Part shown: positions 1 to 8,707 of the stretch, one piece after another
Layout of the letters: each line of letters starts with the position of its first letter
How positions within the stretch are numbered: the first letter of the stretch is position 1
Source of the DNA: a virus
Strand: one strand, 5' to 3'
DNA: 64,000 nt
IMG/VR virus record: IMGVR_UViG_3300021404_000006
Location: 54,923-118,922 of that record
Translations under genes and position numbers: made by a program
Notes under the pieces: generated by a model
What the model saw: only the letters and a program-made list of their open reading frames with translations
What the model was told of the DNA's origin: nothing
Database searches by the model: none

Positions 1-716
1 AGTGTCCTCGACAGGAATGCTGCTACGGGCTGCTCTGTATCGAGGAAAGTGCTTTCGTTGATGAGGAACAGAGACATAGACAAGGGATCTCCGACACGAA
101 ACGCGTCTTCTATGCATACGCCTGTTTCCTCCTCGAATATGCATCCTCCGGAGATAGGCATGGCAAGGTCAGTGATGCGTGCCCGCTCTACCCTGAATCC
201 CTTGTCTCCGATAATGGCAGCGCCTGATCCCTCGATAACTCCTGACAGGGGAACTGTTACTTCGTAGCTGCCGTTACTGAATTTCTTCACCCATATCTTC
301 TGGGCGTCGAATTCAGTCATGCTCTGCGCTTTCCAGTACGCCCAGAAACCGCAGCCGCAGCCCGGGTACGGGGGCCTGTGCACTTGCACCTGCGCGGGCA
401 GAAGGTCTGAAGCCGGAGTTATTGCACAGCTGCGAGCACAGCTCGCCCCGTACCATCCGCTGTGCATGCGCTTGTACGACCACCGGCCTCCGTACATTCC
501 CTCTACGAATGCATGGCTCAGCCACGGGAGAACCGGAGCGGAATAGTAATTCCGCTTCTCGCCCCAGCCGCTGGCAAGCAGAGAGGTTCCGTAGTACCTT
601 GTCACATCAGCCGGACAGCGCAGGGGAAGGCGCAGCGACCAGCTGCGGAACCCCCGCACGGTGCCCATGGCCGTGTCCCATTCTTCCGGGGCACCGCGCT
701 CAGAGAAGCCTTCCAC
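1..716 (-). CDS. phage hypothetical protein, partial (runs off left edge)
   Basis: Open frame from GTG 716 to the window edge, not in the ORF track. Contains HRPPYPGCGCGFWAYW and GVIEGSGAAIIGDKGFRVERARI. Confidence 0.7.
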   Translation of the reverse strand, partial: MEGFSERGAPEEWDTAMGTVRGFRSWSLRLPLRCPADVTRYYGTSLLASGWGEKRNYYSAPVLPWLSHAFVEGMYGGRWSYKRMHSGWYGASCARSCAITPASDLLPAQVQVHRPPYPGCGCGFWAYWKAQSMTEFDAQKIWVKKFSNGSYEVTVPLSGVIEGSGAAIIGDKGFRVERARITDLAMPISGGCIFEEETGVCIEDAFRVGDPLSMSLFLINESTFLDTEQPVAAFLSRT

Positions 717-718
717 GT

Positions 719-889
719 CTACGCCGGAACAGGCTCGGCTGCGGGCTCCGCCTGGGGCAGCGGCTCTTCGACCGGGAACTCTTCGGGCAGCGGCTCCAGG
801 ATGATCCTTTTGCGCTCCTTGCCGATGTCGCCGGCCCTAAGCTCACGGATCTCTTCTGCCGTGTACCACGGCTTCCAGCTCCAGGTCAT
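719..889 (-). CDS. small hypothetical protein (56 aa, acidic Pro-rich tail)
   Basis: ATG 889 preceded by SD AAGGAGG; MTWSWKPWYTAEEIRELRAG...; TAG abuts the next gene. Confidence 0.65.
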   Translation of the reverse strand: MTWSWKPWYTAEEIRELRAGDIGKERKRIILEPLPEEFPVEEPLPQAEPAAEPVPA

Positions 890-904
890 TTAGTCCTCCT
901 TGCG

Positions 905-936
905 AGGTTTGCGTACCTTCTCACCGGGCTCCAACA
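905..936. repeat. 32-bp direct repeat, copy 1 (left flank of HNH insertion)
   Basis: AGGTTTGCGTACCTTCTCACCGGGCTCCAACA matches 1385-1416 at 30/32. Confidence 0.9.
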
Positions 937-974
937 ACCCTACTGTTCCCTGTATTCCCCCGTACACTGAAGCT

Positions 975-1499
975 GTGAGCGAGAAGACCGTACGAACATG
1001 CACAGTACCTGGGTGCTCGCGCAAATATTTCTGCTCAGGCTACTGCTCCGGGCACTACGAACGCGTGCTGAGGACTGGGAACCCCGGTACCGCGCGGCTT
1101 CGCCGGTATGGAGGCAGTAAGACCGGCACCTGGAACGGCTACGTGCGAGTGTGGGACACCGAGACGAAGCAGCAGATGCCTGAACATCGTCTAGTAATGG
1201 AACATACGATCGGCCGAAGGCTCTTGCCTCATGAGACGGTGCACCACAAGAACGGAATCAGGACGGACAATCGTCCGGAGAACCTGGAGCTGTGGTCCAA
1301 GTCCCATCCCGCTGGCCAGCGTGTTGAAGACAAGATCTCTTGGTGCCGAGAATTCTTGGCGCAGTATGGCTACTCCGTATCCTTAGGTTTGCGTACCTTC
1401 TCGCCGGGTTCCAACAGCAAGTCTTCCGGGCCAATCCCCAGGGCGGTGTACAGCCTGCGGAACGAGGACTGGCCGGGAGACACGCGTCCCTGCTCGTAG
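975..1499 (+). CDS. HNH homing endonuclease (HNH_3-like, N-terminal Zn finger)
   Basis: CTVPGC...YCSGHY, EHRLVME...VHHKNGIRTDNRPENLELW. TACACT -10 lies 6 nt before GTG 975. Confidence 0.9.
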   Translation: MSEKTVRTCTVPGCSRKYFCSGYCSGHYERVLRTGNPGTARLRRYGGSKTGTWNGYVRVWDTETKQQMPEHRLVMEHTIGRRLLPHETVHHKNGIRTDNRPENLELWSKSHPAGQRVEDKISWCREFLAQYGYSVSLGLRTFSPGSNSKSSGPIPRAVYSLRNEDWPGDTRPCS

Positions 1500-1609
1500 G
1501 AACAGATCGAGTCATAGGACAGGCGCGTGGCCTCGGCCAGCTGAACGCGGTCCATTCCTCGCATGTGCCGCCAGTATCTGAGCTTTTCCGGGTAGATGCG
1601 AACTCCCAT
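1370..1609 (-). CDS. Cro/C1 (XRE) helix-turn-helix transcription regulator
   Basis: LRYWRHMRGMDRVQLAEATRLSYDSICSYEQGRVSP...LYTALGIGPEDLL. Confidence 0.85.
   Translation of the reverse strand: MGVRIYPEKLRYWRHMRGMDRVQLAEATRLSYDSICSYEQGRVSPGQSSFRRLYTALGIGPEDLLLEPGEKVRKPKDTE
1385..1416. repeat. 32-bp direct repeat, copy 2 (right flank of HNH insertion, inside HTH gene 3' end)
   Basis: AGGTTTGCGTACCTTCTCGCCGGGTTCCAACA, 480 bp from copy 1. Confidence 0.9.
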
Positions 1610-1626
1610 GCTGTACTGTACCTCGC

Positions 1627-1977
1627 ATGAGCAGGAAGAAGCTGTTCTCCGTGACACTGGACGACTGTGAAATCCAGACGTTCACCGCAGGAGGACCCGG
1701 CGGCCAGCACCAGAACACCAGCAACACCGCTGTCCGCATCGTCCACCGGGCAAGCGGAGCGGTAGGCACCTCGCGCACAGAGCGGTCGCAGCTCCAGAAC
1801 AAGAAGGCCGCGTTCCGGCGCATGACCGAGCACCCCAGGTTCAAGGTATGGCTGAACCGGGAGATCTTCCGCCTGGACGGCAAGCCGTCTCCGGAAGAGC
1901 AGGCTGAGAAAGACATGGCTCCTGAAAACTTGCGGGTAGAAGTGAAATGCAAAGGCAAGTGGGCGGCAGCGGAATAG
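1627..1977 (+). CDS. RF-1 domain peptidyl-tRNA hydrolase / stand-alone release-factor-like protein
   Basis: TFTAGGPGGQHQNTSNTAVRIVH...ERSQLQNKKAAFRRM is the GGQ catalytic domain of class I release factors. Confidence 0.9.
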   Translation: MSRKKLFSVTLDDCEIQTFTAGGPGGQHQNTSNTAVRIVHRASGAVGTSRTERSQLQNKKAAFRRMTEHPRFKVWLNREIFRLDGKPSPEEQAEKDMAPENLRVEVKCKGKWAAAE

Positions 1978-1992
1978 AGGTAGACTTTCGCT

Positions 1993-2169
1993 ATGGCCGT
2001 TTACTTCAGGGTGCATCCCGATAAGAACAACCGAGACATATTCGATTCCGATGGCAAGCTTTACGACGCTGATTTCAACGAAGTAGAGCCCGAGGTGCTG
2101 CACAGCAACGACGTGCTGGTCACCGCCTCGCCGGAAGAGTTCGAGTCGATTCTCAGCAGCAGGCGGTAA
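1993..2169 (+). CDS. small acidic hypothetical protein (58 aa)
   Basis: TAGACT -10 lies 6 nt before ATG; MAVYFRVHPDKNNRDIFDSDG... Confidence 0.6.
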   Translation: MAVYFRVHPDKNNRDIFDSDGKLYDADFNEVEPEVLHSNDVLVTASPEEFESILSSRR

Positions 2170-2209
2170 CAGCGGAATAATATAGCAACGACAGGGAGTT
2201 ACACCTCTC

Positions 2210-2392
2210 ATGACAGCAGCAGCGAAGCGAGCGCGCAAGAAGGCAAACAAGCTGAAGGGCTGGCCGGAGCAGGAACCGGCAGCGGAGGAAATAACCCCGC
2301 AGGTTAACGAGCCTGCGACTACGGAATCCGAGCACGCGGCGGCAGTGACCGCCCTGGCGGCAGCCAGGAAAATGAAGAAGACAGGTGAATGA
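2210..2392 (+). CDS. hypothetical protein
   Basis: 60-aa ORF with ATGA overlap into the next gene. Confidence 0.6.
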   Translation: MTAAAKRARKKANKLKGWPEQEPAAEEITPQVNEPATTESEHAAAVTALAAARKMKKTGE

Positions 2393-2838
2393 TGACGGTA
2401 TTTCACGTGTCGCACCCGGTTGAGTGGACGGTAACCGGAGCCGGCAACAAGCTTCCCTCCGTACTGAAATGGAGTTCTGAGGACCCCCTCGCTGTCATGA
2501 TCAGCTTCGGGGATGCAACCGGCGAAGTCAAGTGGACATTCGCCCGTGACCTGCTCGCAGACGTTATATCAGGCAAGTGCGATGCCGCAGGCGACGGCGA
2601 CGTTCACGTGTCAAGGTCGGTTAACCACGGGCTGAGCGGACCTGGCAAGGCCCAGCTGATACTTGTCCTGTCAGTGAATCACAAAGCGATGCTGCGCGCT
2701 GACCTGGAGCAGGTCAAGTTCTTCCTGGACAGCACCTTCATCTACTCTCCGTGGGGTGCGGAGATAGTAGACATCGACACTACCATCGTCAGGCTGCTGG
2801 ACGGCGGATGGGAAAACGGGCGGGAAACCAGTGTCTGA
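2389..2838 (+). CDS. SsgA-family (SALP) sporulation/cell-division regulator
   Basis: EDPLAVMISF...VKWTFARDLL...AGDGDVHV...FLDSTF..SPWGAE match SsgA-family motifs. Confidence 0.85.
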   Translation: MMTVFHVSHPVEWTVTGAGNKLPSVLKWSSEDPLAVMISFGDATGEVKWTFARDLLADVISGKCDAAGDGDVHVSRSVNHGLSGPGKAQLILVLSVNHKAMLRADLEQVKFFLDSTFIYSPWGAEIVDIDTTIVRLLDGGWENGRETSV

Positions 2839-3541
2839 TCCTGTATTCAGGTCTGACATGGTGGTAGAGCTAGTTGACCACATGGGCGACGACCGGCGTG
2901 TCGTCCAAGCAGCCCGCGTCTCTACCGGCAGCGACCTCCAGATCCCCGAAGTAGCCTTCGAAACCGTGGCCGGCCTGATCAGGTACCTGATAAAGCACAG
3001 GCACGGCACGCCATTCGAGCACAACGCCTTCACCTTCCGCGTAGAGGCTCCGATCTTCGTCGCCCGCGAGTTCATGCGTCACCGCATCGCCAGCTACAAC
3101 GAGGAATCCGGCCGCTACACGCAGCTCGATCCTGTCTTCTGGCATCCAGCTCCGTCTCGCCCGCTAGTGCAGGAAGGCAAGCCCGGCCACTACATCATGA
3201 AGCCTGGCACGATGAAGCAGTACAGAATCACGATCGCTTCTATCAAGAACGCCTGCAACGTCTGCTATACCGCCTACGAAGTAATGCTGGAAGCGGGCAT
3301 TGCCCGCGAAGTGGCGCGTACCGTCCTGCCAGTCGGCATCTACACCTCGTTCTACGTGACAGAGAACGCACGGGCACTGATGAATTTTCTCTCTCTGCGC
3401 ATCGATGACCCGGACAATGCGTACGAAACAAAGCCGCAGTACGAAATCCAGCAGGTAGCCCTCGATATCCAGGATCATTTCAGCAGGCGCATGCCGGTGA
3501 CGTACAAAGCATTCGATGAGAACGGACGGGTTGCCCCGTGA
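2831..3541 (+). CDS. thyX: flavin-dependent thymidylate synthase
   Basis: HGTPFEH, FVAREFMRHRIASYNEESGRY, AREVARTVLP, QYEI. Confidence 0.97.
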   Translation: MSDPVFRSDMVVELVDHMGDDRRVVQAARVSTGSDLQIPEVAFETVAGLIRYLIKHRHGTPFEHNAFTFRVEAPIFVAREFMRHRIASYNEESGRYTQLDPVFWHPAPSRPLVQEGKPGHYIMKPGTMKQYRITIASIKNACNVCYTAYEVMLEAGIAREVARTVLPVGIYTSFYVTENARALMNFLSLRIDDPDNAYETKPQYEIQQVALDIQDHFSRRMPVTYKAFDENGRVAP

Positions 3542-3795
3542 GCCTATACCTGGAAGTAGCCGCCGGGGAAATACATCTAGAAGGCTCTGAGAACGAAGAA
3601 GAAATAGCAGAACTGGTAATTGCCCTTATCTGCGGCCACGGCAACGACTGGGTACGCCTGCGTACTTCTCGCCACGAGAACTGGTCTACTGAGTGGACCG
3701 TACTGGAGCGCAGTTCCAGCGATGTACCGACACAGATAGGCTGCCGGGAATTCGACGGGGAAATGGAAGTAATTTCCCCCGAAGTGGTGATCTGA
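3538..3795 (+). CDS. hypothetical protein
   Basis: 85-aa ORF, GTGA-coupled to thyX. Confidence 0.6.
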   Translation: MSLYLEVAAGEIHLEGSENEEEIAELVIALICGHGNDWVRLRTSRHENWSTEWTVLERSSSDVPTQIGCREFDGEMEVISPEVVI

Positions 3796-4055
3796 TGGCC
3801 GGCAGCTGGGGTCACATGACCAACGACGACGGTACGCCTTACGGCACGCCTTACGAGGACTTCGGTGCCGGGTCGATGCTGGAGAACAACGACGACTACT
3901 TCGAGGCACTGGCCCAGTGCTATGGCATGGTATGGATGCTGGCGCACTGGCTACTGCCCGCAAAAGCTACCCGGGAAGACGCCCTTGCCCTTATCGCCCA
4001 GGCTCAGGAAGAATACGAGACCGGGATAAGCCTGGGAAAGAAGACTGACTGGTGA
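3795..4055 (+). CDS. hypothetical protein
   Basis: TGATG coupling; MAGSWGHMTNDDG... Confidence 0.65.
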   Translation: MAGSWGHMTNDDGTPYGTPYEDFGAGSMLENNDDYFEALAQCYGMVWMLAHWLLPAKATREDALALIAQAQEEYETGISLGKKTDW

Positions 4056-4213
4056 ATCACATCTGGAAATGCGAACTGTGCGGCGATTCTCACACAGCAG
4101 ACAAGATCCTGAATCACCTGCGCCTTATGCACCCGGACAAAGACGCGGCTCCTGAATTCTGGCCTGACGGTGATCCCGTGATACTGGAAGACGCGGACGA
4201 GTTCTTCCTCTGA
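4052..4213 (+). CDS. small C2H2 zinc-finger protein (53 aa)
   Basis: GTGA overlap; WKCELCG...LNHLRLMHPD. Confidence 0.65.
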   Translation: MNHIWKCELCGDSHTADKILNHLRLMHPDKDAAPEFWPDGDPVILEDADEFFL

Positions 4214-4232
4214 GCTGGTAAACTAGGTTAGT

Positions 4233-4553
4233 ATGTCCCGTACTCATCATGCTACCTGCGCATTCCGTCTTAGCTGCGGGTGCATCGCAGAGTACAATTC
4301 TTTCCCTGAGGCCCGGCAGCCTACCGTACTGTGCGGAAACTGCGGGAGGTCAGCCACGATCGACTTCCGCTACCCGGACGACAGCGAATCCTGCCACGTT
4401 ACCTGCCGGGCTGACAGGCCGGGGGGAGGAAGCGTCAGGGTGCGCTGCGGCAAGAGCAAAAGTCATAAAGGCAGCAAGCACTACGATCCCTCTGTTAGGC
4501 TGTCGTTTATCCTGCCAGCTAAGCTGAAGTCGGGAAGGACCGGGAACACGTGA
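4233..4553 (+). CDS. Cys/His-rich hypothetical protein
   Basis: LSCGC, CGNCG; TAAACT -10 just upstream. Confidence 0.6.
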   Translation: MSRTHHATCAFRLSCGCIAEYNSFPEARQPTVLCGNCGRSATIDFRYPDDSESCHVTCRADRPGGGSVRVRCGKSKSHKGSKHYDPSVRLSFILPAKLKSGRTGNT

Positions 4554-4720
4554 ACGAAGACCGGGACGGCGAGATCGCGATATGGGCGCTGGGCAGGTGG
4601 GAGTTTTTCGTACGTGACGGCAAGGGCTGCCCTGTCTGCGGGGCTATCGGAGAAGGACGCCACGGAACCTCGTGCCCCCACTGGAAGAAGCAGTTCAGGA
4701 AGAACGGCAAGGAACTATGA
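4550..4720 (+). CDS. small zinc-binding protein (56 aa)
   Basis: GTGA and ATGA overlaps on both sides; CPVCG...HGTSC. Confidence 0.6.
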   Translation: MNEDRDGEIAIWALGRWEFFVRDGKGCPVCGAIGEGRHGTSCPHWKKQFRKNGKEL

Positions 4721-4920
4721 AACTCGGGCCTACTGACTACAACCGCGCTTCCCGTGACCTCGCAGTACGGACGTGGCTAACGGGCTGTTCGAAGAGAATC
4801 CGCTGGTGGACTAGCCAGACATGGAAAATGATTTACCTGCGGGACGCCTACGATCACGGCTACATTCACGGGTACACCGACAGGGGAGAAGATGATGCCC
4901 AGGGTCCTGATCGCATGTGA
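4717..4920 (+). CDS. hypothetical protein
   Basis: ATGA-coupled ORF with SD AAGGA. Confidence 0.55.
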   Translation: MKLGPTDYNRASRDLAVRTWLTGCSKRIRWWTSQTWKMIYLRDAYDHGYIHGYTDRGEDDAQGPDRM

Positions 4921-5629
4921 GATGTCTGGCCGGGTACGCACGCAGTTCGCGCTTCGAGGATGGGACGCCTGGTCGGCTGACCTGTTGCCTGACGAGTCCG
5001 AGATGTGGACAGGCGTACCGCAGGGCAGGTTCAACCGCCATTACCAGGGCGACGTACTCACCATCATCAGGGACGACTGGGATCTGATCATCGCCCACCC
5101 GCCATGCGATCACCTTGGCCAGGTAGGCGCGCGGTACTGGAAAGAGAAACAGGCGGACGGACGCCAGCAGACAGCCGCCAAGTTCTTCAAGAAGATGATC
5201 GAACTCCCCTGCCCTAAAACCTACGTAGTAGTAGAGAATCCGCGTGGCATTATGTCCCAGTGGCGTGAGCCTGACCAGAAAGTCCAGCCCTGGTGGTTCG
5301 GTGACCCGCTGAAAAAAGAGACGTGCCTGTGGTACCGGGGTGCGTGGGGTCCTTCCCGGCCGATGCTGCGTGACTACGTATACGATGAGCTGCCCCACCT
5401 GGTGGCCACTCACACCCTGGCTGACTACCCGGACGGGGTGGGGCGCACGTGCACGGGCGGAGGGAGCTGGCGGACGGACACGAAGAACGGCCTGACCGGC
5501 ATGAACAAGAACTGGGAAGACAGCCAGGGACGGGCGCGGAGGCGTATACTGAGGTCCATCACACCAGAGGGATTCGCCCGAGCGGCAGCAGAACAGTGGG
5601 GTAGCTATGTTGAGGCCCGTCGCCCCTGA
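4892..5629 (+). CDS. phage DNA cytosine methyltransferase-like protein
   Basis: RVLIACEMSGRVR..F...GWDAWSADLLP, DLIIAHPPC (catalytic PC), VVENP, KETCLW. Confidence 0.8.
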   Translation: MMPRVLIACEMSGRVRTQFALRGWDAWSADLLPDESEMWTGVPQGRFNRHYQGDVLTIIRDDWDLIIAHPPCDHLGQVGARYWKEKQADGRQQTAAKFFKKMIELPCPKTYVVVENPRGIMSQWREPDQKVQPWWFGDPLKKETCLWYRGAWGPSRPMLRDYVYDELPHLVATHTLADYPDGVGRTCTGGGSWRTDTKNGLTGMNKNWEDSQGRARRRILRSITPEGFARAAAEQWGSYVEARRP

Positions 5630-5861
5630 CCCTGACCTGATCGAGTGGCTGTGGTCTGCCGAGGGCAGGCTCTGGCACCGTGAGGCCATCAGGAGGGTAG
5701 CCCATGCGCACGGGTGGTTCGCTGAAGTCAAAGAGGACCACGAGTGCTACGCGGACGACTGCGAGCCGTACCCCTTCATTCCTCACGCTGACGGCATTAT
5801 CGCATCCGATCTCAAAGCCTACGGAATCTCGGGTGTCCCGGTGGAATGGAAGCTGCACTAG
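5607..5861 (+). CDS. hypothetical protein, WLxSAEGxxW family (paralog 1)
   Basis: LIEWLWSAEGRLW...EVKEDHE; paralogs at 45648 and 46548. Confidence 0.65.
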   Translation: MLRPVAPDPDLIEWLWSAEGRLWHREAIRRVAHAHGWFAEVKEDHECYADDCEPYPFIPHADGIIASDLKAYGISGVPVEWKLH

Positions 5862-5878
5862 GAGCGTTGCAAGAAAGT

Positions 5879-6358
5879 ATGACGATGAACTACTACCTCG
5901 CCTGGCTCCATTTCGACTCTCGTGGAAGGATGAGCACGCGCCTGCCTGACGGGCACCGTGTCCTCCACGTCCTGCACAACTCAGGCAGCAACCGGCATCC
6001 CCCGGCGCTGTGGGTCCTCGTGGAGGCAGTCGTGGCCACTCCGTCCTACACACCGCCGGCGGGCTTCCCTTCCTCTGAGGAGGTACCTGTCGAGTACCGC
6101 ACCCCTACCCAGCCCCCGTCCCAGTCAATGCCGATGTCAGCAGTACCGGCTCCCGTGCCCACGCGAGACTACCGGGGCGACACAGGAGAGTTCACTTACC
6201 GCGAGTCTGACTACCGTGAGCAGGACTACCGCGAGCACACGGACGCCGGCCAGAACGGGCGCACCCGGTACCCGGAACTCTCCCCGGAAGCACGCGACGA
6301 CGACTACCGCCAGAACTACGTCCCGGGGATTCCGATGTCCCCTGCTAGCAGGGGGTAA
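5879..6358 (+). CDS. Pro-rich hypothetical protein with DYRE repeats
   Basis: ORF in operon context; YRESDYREQDYREH. Confidence 0.6.
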   Translation: MTMNYYLAWLHFDSRGRMSTRLPDGHRVLHVLHNSGSNRHPPALWVLVEAVVATPSYTPPAGFPSSEEVPVEYRTPTQPPSQSMPMSAVPAPVPTRDYRGDTGEFTYRESDYREQDYREHTDAGQNGRTRYPELSPEARDDDYRQNYVPGIPMSPASRG

Positions 6359-6361
6359 ACC

Positions 6362-6658
6362 GTGTTCACCAAGGTCCATCCGGTAACCAGCATCGATGAC
6401 GCCCTGACTCAGCTAGACACCCGTGTTCCGCTGCTTCACTCAGAGCTGGTGCTGATCGTGCAGAGCCTGTACGACCTGGCATTCCGCGAGGGTGCCCGTC
6501 AGGGGCGGCAGGCCGGGGTCGAAGCCATGCAGAATGCCGGGCGCGAGCAGGAAGACCCCGGTCTGCTGGTGGACCCCGGCCTGTCGTACCGAGACCCCAC
6601 CACAATTATCCGCGAGCGCCTGGCAGCCACCGAACGCGCAAGGAACGGCAAATCCTGA
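6362..6658 (+). CDS. hypothetical protein
   Basis: 98-aa ORF with SD GGGGG. Confidence 0.6.
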   Translation: MFTKVHPVTSIDDALTQLDTRVPLLHSELVLIVQSLYDLAFREGARQGRQAGVEAMQNAGREQEDPGLLVDPGLSYRDPTTIIRERLAATERARNGKS

Positions 6659-6659
6659 G

Positions 6660-7115
6660 GTGACCTACTACCTGGGTGTCGATCCCGGCCCGAGCACAGG
6701 CATTGCCCTGCTGAACCTGGAAGACGGCTGCTCGCCGGAGTGGACCGTCTTCCAGGTTAACGGGGCCGGCGCACCCTGGCTGCTGACTGAGCTTTGCCGG
6801 GCCTTCTGCCCCCGGGCGGTGTCCTACGAGGAATTCGTGGCGTCCAACCGGGCGGGAACCAAAGGGAAAGCAGCCCAGGAGACACGAAGAATCGCTGACC
6901 AGGTTGAACCGATCGCCAGAGCGAACTGCCGCCGCAGTACTCCTGTTTACGTAGTTGCGCGCAGGGCTACCGATGTATTTGGCTGGGCTACTGAGAAGCG
7001 GCTGGAGAAATCGGGGTTCCCGCTCGGGCCGAAGTTCAGGGACGCACGAGCCGCAGGCAAGCACGTGCTGTACCTTGCAGTGCGAGACGGAAAGGAGCGA
7101 GATCCGCTGGCGTGA
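6660..7115 (+). CDS. RuvC-like Holliday junction resolvase
   Basis: YYLGVDPGPSTGIALL, VSYEEF, DARAA: RNase H-fold motifs. Confidence 0.8.
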   Translation: MTYYLGVDPGPSTGIALLNLEDGCSPEWTVFQVNGAGAPWLLTELCRAFCPRAVSYEEFVASNRAGTKGKAAQETRRIADQVEPIARANCRRSTPVYVVARRATDVFGWATEKRLEKSGFPLGPKFRDARAAGKHVLYLAVRDGKERDPLA

Positions 7116-7273
7116 ACAACGAAGTTAATACCTGCTGCCCCGTCTGCGGTACCTGGTTTTACCGTGCGCCTGGTTCACGGCAAAAGTACGACAAGCCGCT
7201 ATGCCGGAAAATAGGGTTGAACAAAGCTGCGCGAATCCGGCGAAAGAAGGCCAGTACACGCCGGCTCTCCTAA
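7112..7273 (+). CDS. small basic Zn-ribbon protein (53 aa)
   Basis: GTGA overlap; CCPVCGTWF...KYDKPLCRK. Confidence 0.55.
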   Translation: MNNEVNTCCPVCGTWFYRAPGSRQKYDKPLCRKIGLNKAARIRRKKASTRRLS

Positions 7274-7339
7274 TGACGACAACGGTCCTGTCTCGTAGAC
7301 TGAAGAAGATATCTATGTCTACAGCAAGGAGGCAGGCTG

Positions 7340-7975
7340 GTGGACCCGGCAACCATTTCGGCAGTCATCCTTGCAGTCGCTACGATTATAGGCTTGGTAG
7401 TCGCTTATATCCAGTGGCGCGAAAATCACAGCGACCGGATCAGCGGAAAGCTCAGTCATACGGTAAAGACTATTATCCAGCAGGAAAGCGAGCCTATTAA
7501 AGCCGCTGTCAGCGATCATTCGGTCAGGCTTACCCAGACGGGCGACAGGCTGAACAGGATCGAAGAACTGCTGAAGGATATTGCCCAGGATCAGCGCCAG
7601 TCTAATGACACTGTTACCAAGATGGGCGTAAAAGTAGACATGTACTGGGCTAGCCTGGAGGCACTGGCTATGAACTCAGCGAAGGGGCTGCACCAGCCTG
7701 ATCCCCGCCGTCAGCGCATTGACGACCTGCTAGAAGCGTTCATGGAAGGCGTGCTTACCGACAGCGAGCGCATTGAACTGAAGAAAATCCTGGTGCAGAT
7801 CCGCAATTACGAGCCAGAAGGCCCAGACCTTGAATTTCCCGTGTACCCTGGCGAGCATACCCTTGCTGCTATCCTCCTTAGTACAATAGATATGGTAGAT
7901 CCTGCTAGGATAGCATTGCTCGGACACGCTGCGCACAGGTCGGTTGCGCACAAGCTAAAAAGGGAGGGTAAGTAA
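7340..7975 (+). CDS. membrane-anchored coiled-coil protein
   Basis: N-terminal TM helix, then coiled coil; SD AAGGAGG. Confidence 0.7.
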   Translation: MDPATISAVILAVATIIGLVVAYIQWRENHSDRISGKLSHTVKTIIQQESEPIKAAVSDHSVRLTQTGDRLNRIEELLKDIAQDQRQSNDTVTKMGVKVDMYWASLEALAMNSAKGLHQPDPRRQRIDDLLEAFMEGVLTDSERIELKKILVQIRNYEPEGPDLEFPVYPGEHTLAAILLSTIDMVDPARIALLGHAAHRSVAHKLKREGK

Positions 7976-8337
7976 TGAGTAATCCAGAAGCGAATTTCAT
8001 GCTTGCCGCTGAAAAGGCAATAGCCGATCTTCAGGATGAAGTTAAGAAAGGCCGTACTGCGGCGCGCAGGAAAACAGCATGGAATATAATTCTCAGCATC
8101 GTTGCCGCAGCTACCATCCTGCTCGGCCTTCAGCTCCACCAGCAGGCAGTTTCCTCGTGTCAGGCTGGCAATGACCGGGCAACGGGCACGATTGTGACGA
8201 TAGACAGGCTGACATTTCTTCTCGAAGGCCCGCATCCTAGTGCGAAGGTACAGAAAGCAGCCGCTGAGTACGAAGCTTACGTAGCCCAGCACAATGCCCC
8301 CCGAAACTGCACGCAGGCCTATCACATCATCCCGTAA
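7975..8337 (+). CDS. membrane protein
   Basis: One TM helix (IILSIVAAATILLGL); TAATG coupling. Confidence 0.7.
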   Translation: MSNPEANFMLAAEKAIADLQDEVKKGRTAARRKTAWNIILSIVAAATILLGLQLHQQAVSSCQAGNDRATGTIVTIDRLTFLLEGPHPSAKVQKAAAEYEAYVAQHNAPRNCTQAYHIIP

Positions 8338-8374
8338 ACCCGGCTGATAGAATTCCCAAGGGGAGGAGGTAAGC

Positions 8375-8707
8375 ATGGAGGAAAACAAGAACACTGACGG
8401 CACGGTGATGAGCAAGCTAAAGCCGATCGTGACCATGCTTACCGAAGCCCTGATCAAGGACTTCGCTCCTGCGTACCGTAAAGCAGAAGAAGCAGAACTG
8501 TGGATTCGCACGGCTGAGGACAACACAGAAGCCGTGGTTACCGCAGAACAGCTTCAGAAAGACGTGGAGACCTGGCTGCTGGGACTGGAAGCCGAAATGG
8601 AAAACGACTCTGACCGTCAGTACGCCAAGATGGTCACGAACATGATCCGCAAGAACCCCGGCTGGGTAAAGCTGCTAACCAACCGGGTTAAGCGCAGGAT
8701 CTCATGA
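8375..8707 (+). CDS. hypothetical protein
   Basis: SD GGAGG; 110 aa. Confidence 0.7.
   Translation: MEENKNTDGTVMSKLKPIVTMLTEALIKDFAPAYRKAEEAELWIRTAEDNTEAVVTAEQLQKDVETWLLGLEAEMENDSDRQYAKMVTNMIRKNPGWVKLLTNRVKRRIS

Noticed and set aside
1627-1977. Stop-codon reassignment implied by a phage release factor
   Set aside because: TAG, TGA and TAA all end conserved genes cleanly, and the protein lacks codon-recognition domains.
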